This document shows positions 29,005 through 33,971 of a stretch of DNA of 33,971 bases, piece by piece. Source of the DNA: a bacterium. GTDB taxonomy: Bacteria; Patescibacteriota; Minisyncoccia; Phycocordibacterales; SBAW01. The position numbers were made by a program, and so were the translations under genes. Location of the stretch: the NCBI GenBank assembly GCA_021814825.1, contig JAKAHS010000002.1:1-33971 (forward strand), given 5' to 3'. The first letter of the stretch is position 1; the number at the start of each line of letters is the position of its first letter. A model generated the notes under the pieces. It ran no database searches. It worked only from the letters and a program-made list of their open reading frames with translations, and was not told the DNA's origin.

Positions 29005-30864
29005 ATGCAAAAAAGCTACCGACTGTGCGAGGTGAATACTGAAGACGGTCGCTCGCGCGAAGCACTCGCCGGATATCCGGAGATCATGCGCGACCTGCTT
29101 CTGGCACGCGACATCGAGACCTATGATGAAGCGGAAAAATTTCTCGCTCCCGATTTCGAACGTGACTCGCACGACCCGTTCTTACTGCCCGACATGGAGA
29201 AGGCGGTGGAACGGATCATTGCGGCGGTCCGCGCGTCTGAGCAGATATGCGTGTGGAGCGATTATGATTGCGATGGCATTCCGGGCGGCGTCATGCTCGT
29301 GGAATTTTTGCGATCGATCGGCGCGCAGGTGCGGCACTACATTCCGCATCGCCACAACGAAGGGTACGGTCTGAACATCGAAGGCATCGATGAGATAGCA
29401 AGTGGCGGAGTGACGCTCATGATCACCGTTGATCTCGGCATCACCGATCTTGAGGCGGTCGCGTATGCGCGCGAGCGCGGCATCGAGGTGATCATCACCG
29501 ATCATCATCTGCCTGTCCTCCGTAACCTTGGTGAAGAAGGGCCGGGCGAGGTGTTACCGGAGGCGCTGGCGGTAGTGGACGCTCACCGCACTGACTCGCA
29601 GTATCCATTCAAGGAACTCTGCGGCGCCGGTGTCGCATGGAAGCTCGTGCAAGCGATCCTCTCGCGCGATCGGTTCGGCATGAAAGAAGGACAGGAGAAG
29701 TGGCTGCTCGATCTTGTCGGTCTTGCCACACTCTCCGACATGGTGCCGCTTGTCGGAGAAAACAGGATGCTCGCGCGCTTCGGTCTTCTGGTGATGCGCA
29801 AGAATAGGCGGCCCGGTCTGCGCGCGCTCTTTGCGCTCATGAAGATGCGCGCGCAGACGCTCACGGAAGATGACATCGTGTTCATGGTGACGCCGCGCAT
29901 CAATGCCGCGTCGCGCATGGATTCGCCGCAGATCGCGGCGGAACTTCTCGGTGCGCAGGATGACGCGCAAGCGCGCGCATACGCCGAGCGGCTTCAGCAT
30001 CTCAACGATGAACGCAAAGGCACGGTCGCGTCGATCGTGAAAGAGGCGCGCAAGCGATTGCGCGAGCGGGAAATGGATACGACGGTAAGCTCGCAGAAAA
30101 GTACTCAGATGCTAGGCGCGCAAGCATCGGCGCGCGAGGCGTATTCGACATACGATGAGCGTGACGACGCGCAGCGCAACAACGCAGATGGGAACTTTTC
30201 TGCGAGCGGAAAGAAACTGGTCGTGATCGGCGACCCCTCGTGGCGGCCGGGCGTTCTCGGACTCGTAGCCAATGCGCTGGTCGAGAGCGAGGGCGTCCCG
30301 GCATTCGTGTGGGGACGTCATGGGGACGCGGAAGCGCTCAAGGGTTCGTGTCGCTCCGACGGCAGCATCAACGTGGTCGATCTCATGCGCGCCGCAGGCG
30401 ATGTGTTCCTCGACGTCGGCGGACACGCGCAGTCGGGTGGCTTCTCGCTCGCCGTCGAGCGTGCGCATGAACTTGCGCCGGCGCTCATCACGGCTCATGC
30501 ACAACTTTCCTCGTCGAGCGCGGCAGAGTGTTTCATCGACATCGATCGCACGCTCGGTGTTCGTGATGCGCGCACCGCGTTCGCGGCGCTCGAAAAGCTC
30601 TCGCCGTTCGGTGTCGGCAACCAAAAACCGCTTTTCAAATTCAATGCGCTTTCGGTTTCATATATAAAAACGTTCGGCAAGCAGAGTGATCACCTTGAGA
30701 TCGGCTTTATCCAAGAGGGCGCCTCGATCGTCGGTATTTCTTTTTTCAGCACGGCCGATTCATTCGCGCGCGCGCCGAAAGTCGGCATGCCGGTCGACAT
30801 CGTCGCGCATGTTGAGAAGGACTTTCGGGGGCAACCCAGACTCCGAATCATTGATATACTGTAG
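29005..30864 (+). CDS. recJ: single-stranded-DNA-specific exonuclease RecJ
   Basis: DHH domain (ICVWSDYDCDGIPGG; ITVDLGI; ITDHH) plus DHHA1 (GGHAQSGGFS). Confidence 0.92.
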   Translation: MQKSYRLCEVNTEDGRSREALAGYPEIMRDLLLARDIETYDEAEKFLAPDFERDSHDPFLLPDMEKAVERIIAAVRASEQICVWSDYDCDGIPGGVMLVEFLRSIGAQVRHYIPHRHNEGYGLNIEGIDEIASGGVTLMITVDLGITDLEAVAYARERGIEVIITDHHLPVLRNLGEEGPGEVLPEALAVVDAHRTDSQYPFKELCGAGVAWKLVQAILSRDRFGMKEGQEKWLLDLVGLATLSDMVPLVGENRMLARFGLLVMRKNRRPGLRALFALMKMRAQTLTEDDIVFMVTPRINAASRMDSPQIAAELLGAQDDAQARAYAERLQHLNDERKGTVASIVKEARKRLREREMDTTVSSQKSTQMLGAQASAREAYSTYDERDDAQRNNADGNFSASGKKLVVIGDPSWRPGVLGLVANALVESEGVPAFVWGRHGDAEALKGSCRSDGSINVVDLMRAAGDVFLDVGGHAQSGGFSLAVERAHELAPALITAHAQLSSSSAAECFIDIDRTLGVRDARTAFAALEKLSPFGVGNQKPLFKFNALSVSYIKTFGKQSDHLEIGFIQEGASIVGISFFSTADSFARAPKVGMPVDIVAHVEKDFRGQPRLRIIDIL

Positions 30865-30990
30865 GCGGAATCGTGGAGATCGCGATCTGCTGCGTTGCGG
30901 GCACCCGCCTCGCTCATCGCCGTACCAACGCAGTACGTCTCTCTCGCTCGCAGCCCGCGCCTTGCATCTCATCGACCTCCACGATTCCGC
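30865..30990. repeat. 126-bp GC-rich nested inverted-repeat element between recJ and rnhA
   Basis: Outer arms GCGGAATCGTGGAG (30865-30878) and CTCCACGATTCCGC (30977-30990). Inner arms CTGCGTTG (30890-30897) and CAACGCAG (30926-30933). Confidence 0.8.
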
Positions 30991-31002
30991 AGACTCTTAA
31001 AT

Positions 31003-31731
31003 ATGTCCCAGAAGAAAACTTTTTTAATTTTTTGTGACGGAGCGTCCAAGGGCAATCCGGGCCCAGGCGGCTGGGGCGCGATCGTTTCATATCAAGGCCG
31101 CGTCGAGGAACTTGGCGGTAGCGAGAAACATACCACCAACAATCGCATGGAGATGACCGCCGCACTCCGCGCGCTGCAACACGCCGCGTCATTCTCCGGC
31201 ACAAGCGACGCGCACATCGTGCTTCATACCGATTCGTCCTATCTCATAAACGGCATCACGAAGTGGGTGAGGGGATGGAAGACGCGCGGCTGGAAGACCG
31301 CGGAGAAAAAAGATGTGCTCAATCGCGATCTGTGGGAAGAGCTTGATGCGGTCGTGTCGCGTTTGCCGAAGATCGAGTGGAAGTATGTCGGCGGTCATGT
31401 CGGCATCGCGGGCAATGAACGCGTCGATGAGATCGCGAGCGACCTCGCACTTGGCAAGCATGTTGAACTTCATACGGGCACGCGCGAGAGTTATGCGCAC
31501 GACATCGAGTCGATCGTGCATGATGAAGAAAAAAAGAAAATGAAAAGTGCGACGAGCACGCGATCAAAACAAAAAGCGCACTCGTATGTGAGCTGCGTCG
31601 ACGGCGAGGTGCGCGTGCACAGAACATGGAGCGAGTGCGAAGCGCGCGTGCGCGGCAAACGAGCGCGATACAAAAAATCTTTGTCGCCTGCGGATGAAGC
31701 GGCGATCATTTCTGAATTTAAAAAAGGTTAG
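31003..31731 (+). CDS. rnhA: ribonuclease HI with a C-terminal hybrid-binding-domain-like extension
   Basis: RNase H core: FCDGASKGNPGPGGWGAIV, NNRMEMTAALRAL, HTDSSYLINGITKW, GHVGIAGNERVDEIA. After a Lys-rich linker comes SYVSCVDGEVRVHRTWSECEARVRGKRARYKKSLSPADEAAII (Cauli_VI/HBD-like pattern). The track start at 30895 is unlikely; ATG 31003 is preferred. Confidence 0.88.
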   Translation: MSQKKTFLIFCDGASKGNPGPGGWGAIVSYQGRVEELGGSEKHTTNNRMEMTAALRALQHAASFSGTSDAHIVLHTDSSYLINGITKWVRGWKTRGWKTAEKKDVLNRDLWEELDAVVSRLPKIEWKYVGGHVGIAGNERVDEIASDLALGKHVELHTGTRESYAHDIESIVHDEEKKKMKSATSTRSKQKAHSYVSCVDGEVRVHRTWSECEARVRGKRARYKKSLSPADEAAIISEFKKG

Positions 31732-31916
31732 AACCCATCTCAAAATAAATGGCGTGACGAGAGGACCGTTTCGCGAGCGAGACGAAGCCGTGGAGCACGA
31801 AGCGTACTTTGCTACGTTGAGCGTGAACGGCAAGTCGCAGCCGCGAAACGGTCCTCGCAGTAGCCAAGTGCTATAGTAGACTTGTCATTCACGATTTATT
31901 TTGAGATGGGTTCTAA
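31728..31916. repeat. 189-bp nested inverted-repeat element between rnhA and comEC
   Basis: Outer 23-bp arms TTAGAACCCATCTCAAAATAAAT (31728-31750) and the exact complement (31894-31916). Inner 15-bp arms GAGGACCGTTTCGCG (31761-31775) and CGCGAAACGGTCCTC (31842-31856). The left arm contains the rnhA stop codon. Confidence 0.85.
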
Positions 31917-31961
31917 TACTATTTTTTACAATCCCATCGAGGATGATCACTGCCGGTCATC

Positions 31962-32890
31962 ATGCTCTACATTCTTACGATCGGGATCTGCATCGGTGTT
32001 GCGCTCGGTCTTGTCGTGCCAGTGAGTATCGCGGCGTACCTCGCTCTGCTCTTGGTAAGTGCGCTCAGCCTCGTGTTCGGACGCAGGTCGGCCCGTGCTC
32101 TCATCGTTGCGCTGGCGTGTGCGGCGATCGTCGTGGGACTTGCACGAGCAGAATTCTTTATGCAAACGGTCGCGCATGAAAATGTTCTGCAGTTCGCAGG
32201 AAAGCAGGCGGTCATTGATGGAGTGGTCGTGAATGATCCCGAGCGGCGCGACACGTCGCTACGGCTTGAGATCAACGTTGCGACAATCGACGACGCGCCA
32301 GCGCGCGGCGTGATCCTTGCGGAGGTGCCGCGCGATGGATCTATTTCCTACGGCGACCGCGTGCGCGTGCGCGGCGCGATCATGGCTCCGCAGGCATTCG
32401 ATGCGGAGGGCGGCCGACAATTCGATTACCCGATCTATCTGCGCGTGCACGGTATCGGCGCGATCATGTATCGCGGGAGCGTCCTTGAAGACGCGCGCGG
32501 CGGTTTCTCGGTGCAGGGCTCACTCTTCGCGATCAAACATGCGTTCGAGTCATCGCTCGATCGCGCGTTCGTCGAGCCGGATACATCGCTTATCAAGGGC
32601 GTGCTGCTTGGTGAGCGCCACGGACTTCCCGCCGATCTCGAGAGTGCTTTGGTCGCTGCCGGTCTCATCCATATCGTCATCCTCGCGGGCTACGCGCTCT
32701 CGATCGTGTCGCGCGGTGTGCTTCGCGGGCTCGCGTTCATCATGCCGAAGCGACCGCGCCTGGGGGTCAGCGCGCTTCTCCTCGTGGCGTTCGTGCTGAT
32801 GACCGGTGCTGCCTCGACCACCGTGCGTGCGAGCATCATGGCGCTCATCGCGATGCTCGCGCGCGCCTTGGAGCGGCCGTCGATCGCACG
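31962..32890 (+). CDS. comEC: ComEC/Rec2-family competence channel protein, N-terminal portion only (interrupted near 32890)
   Basis: N-terminal TM helices, a DUF4131-like OB region (AVIDGVVVNDPERRDTSLRLEINV...GDRVRVRGAIMAP), and the start of the competence domain (LLGERHGLPADL..AAGLIHIVILAGYALSIV...RASIMALIAML). Beyond about 32890 the same frame becomes Arg/Pro/Gly nonsense. Confidence 0.75.
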
Positions 32891-32892
32891 CA

Positions 32893-33264
32893 CCGACCCC
32901 CCTCCGGATCGCCGTCCCGGTGAAGACGCCGGAGCCGGTCCGTCAGCCGACGCCCACCCCCTCTTCCGCCAGGCTTCGCATCACGTTCCAGTGCCCCTTC
33001 CGCGAAGGCTACGTGATGGTGCGGCTCAACGACCGCGAGATCTTCCGGCGCAACGTCGACTTCGGGAAGAAGAGCTCCGGAGGGTACGTCGAGGGGACCG
33101 TGGACGTCCCGGCCGGGCCGGGCGAGTTCAAGGTCTGGGCCATCGCGGCGGACCGCTCGGTCAACGGGTACCAGGTCTACAAGACGCTCGTCCCGGGGGG
33201 CGAGACGCGGAACCTCGCGCTCGATCTCGAGGGAGGGCGTACCCTCTCGGTCACCCTGCGGTGA
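32893..33264 (+). CDS. C-terminal fragment of an unrelated high-GC protein (beta-rich domain), 5' end missing
   Basis: The frame of track ORF 32806..33264 reads ...RLRITFQCPFREGYVMVRLNDREIFRRNVDFGKKSSGGYVEGTVDVPAGPGEFKVWAIAADRSVNGYQVYKTLVPGGETRNLALDLEGGRTLSVTLR. This is protein-like, with almost all G/C third positions. No plausible start or N-terminus. Confidence 0.5.
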   Translation, partial: PTPLRIAVPVKTPEPVRQPTPTPSSARLRITFQCPFREGYVMVRLNDREIFRRNVDFGKKSSGGYVEGTVDVPAGPGEFKVWAIAADRSVNGYQVYKTLVPGGETRNLALDLEGGRTLSVTLR

Positions 33265-33265
33265 G

Positions 33266-33971
33266 ATGAGCCGGAGGGGCCCCGTCGGCCGGCGCCCCGT
33301 CGTCCGAGCCCTGTTCGCGGGCGTCCTTCTCGCGTTCGCCCGAGGGGGCGTCGCGGGGCCGGGCCCGGAGACGCCCCACCCCGTTTCCCACCCCTTCGGC
33401 CTCTCGCCGTCGGTCACGGCCCGGAGCGGCGTCGTCGTCTCGGCGACGGCGGAGGCGTCGCGGGCCGGCGCCGAGCTGCTGGACGCGGGAGGGAACGCGA
33501 TAGACGCCGCGGTCGCAACGGCCCTCGCCCTCGCCGTGACCTACCCGCAGGCCGGGAACCTCGCCGGCGGCGGGTTCCTCGTCGCCCGGAGCCGGGACGG
33601 AGGCCTCTTCGCCCTCGACTTCCGCGAGACCGCCCCCGCGGCCGCCGGGCGGGCGACCTTCACCGTCCCGGGGGCCGACTCGCTCACCGGAGGTCTCGCC
33701 GTCGCGGTCCCCGCCACGGTCCGCGGGCTCGAGGAGGCGCACCGGCGCCTGGGCCGGCTCCCGTGGGCGCGCTGCGTCGCCCCCGCGATCCGCCTGGCCC
33801 GGGACGGGTTCGTCGTCCCCGCGGGCCTGGCGCACGAGATCGTCGCCGAGCGGAAGCGGCTCCTGCGCTTTCCGGGGTCGCGCCGTCTCTTCTTCCCGGG
33901 CGGAAAGCCCCTGGCGGCGGGAGAGAGGCTCGTCCAGCCCGACCTCGCCCGGACCCTCGAGGCGGTCGCTC
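33266..33971 (+). CDS. ggt: gamma-glutamyltranspeptidase, N-terminal part; runs off the window
   Basis: Own translation from the ATG at 33266 gives MSRRGPVGRRPVVRALFAGVLLAF...VVVSATAEASRAGAELLDAGGNAIDAAVATALALAVTYPQAGNLAGGGFLVARS...GGLAVAVPATVRGLEEAHRRLGRLPW, the GGT N-terminal signature. The frame is open to the window end, so it is not in the ORF track. Confidence 0.85.
   Translation, partial: MSRRGPVGRRPVVRALFAGVLLAFARGGVAGPGPETPHPVSHPFGLSPSVTARSGVVVSATAEASRAGAELLDAGGNAIDAAVATALALAVTYPQAGNLAGGGFLVARSRDGGLFALDFRETAPAAAGRATFTVPGADSLTGGLAVAVPATVRGLEEAHRRLGRLPWARCVAPAIRLARDGFVVPAGLAHEIVAERKRLLRFPGSRRLFFPGGKPLAAGERLVQPDLARTLEAVA

Noticed and set aside
32890-33269. 3' part of the 435-aa comEC ORF from the track.
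   Set aside because: After the junction the frame encodes RTDPPPDRRPGEDAGAGPSADAHP...RRLREEELRRVRRGDRGRPGRAGR, an out-of-frame reading of the foreign high-GC gene. It is not part of ComEC.
32845-33835. Minus-strand ORFs 32845..33417 and 33251..33835.
   Set aside because: These are antisense frames of the very high-GC ggt and upstream fragment, Arg/Gly/Pro-rich with no motifs.

Overview
Compact bacterial chromosome segment, roughly 55-60% GC by eye, with short AT-rich islands. Most of it is housekeeping. On the minus strand: pnp (partial), an NYN/LabA-like gene, rpsO, cca, a membrane-anchored serine protease, HU, rny, clpP, an orphan, a PPIase-less trigger factor, ppa and nusA. On the plus strand: xerC-like recombinase, GIY-YIG, xth, yraN, sortase, tpiA-pgk, recJ, rnhA and comEC. 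There are four tRNA genes (Gly-GCC, Arg-UCG, Pro-UGG, Gly-UCC), none with an encoded CCA. The accessory part has two pieces. One is a type IV pilus-like operon at 18.3-24.1 kb: PilB ATPase, PilC platform and three prepilin-type proteins with long leaders. The other is a convergent minus-strand cluster at 24.2-26.5 kb: four small secreted or lipoproteins with Gly/Ala/Thr/Ser low-complexity tails, driven by two promoters that share a 16-nt block. Gene content (T4P + ComEC + sortase, reduced trigger factor) fits a small-genome, surface-attached lifestyle such as CPR/Patescibacteria, but that is inference only. Observations worth a second look: (1) An 11-nt core inverted-repeat pair (TCCCGTTAGAG / CTCTAACGGGA) occurs twice. 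Its 3' arm carries the start codon of xth, with a whole GIY-YIG ORF in the loop, and a candidate start of clpP, with only about 90 nt in the loop. (2) TATANT-N6-start codon geometry occurs at six ATG starts, plus one alternative GTG in xerC, which implies leaderless mRNAs. (3) Two heptanucleotide tandem arrays lie in the leader-coding region of the large tip pseudopilin. (4) A structured ncRNA candidate of about 270 nt lies upstream of rpsO. (5) Sequences downstream of tRNA-Arg and tRNA-Pro complement or repeat the tRNA 3' ends. (6) An identical 12-mer containing a consensus DnaA box occurs in two AT-rich spacers. (7) An abrupt compositional and coding break near 32.89 kb cuts comEC and joins it to very high-GC sequence (an unrelated protein C-terminus plus ggt). 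This is most simply a contig join or assembly chimera. No CRISPR array, rRNA, transposase or recognisable defence system was seen.
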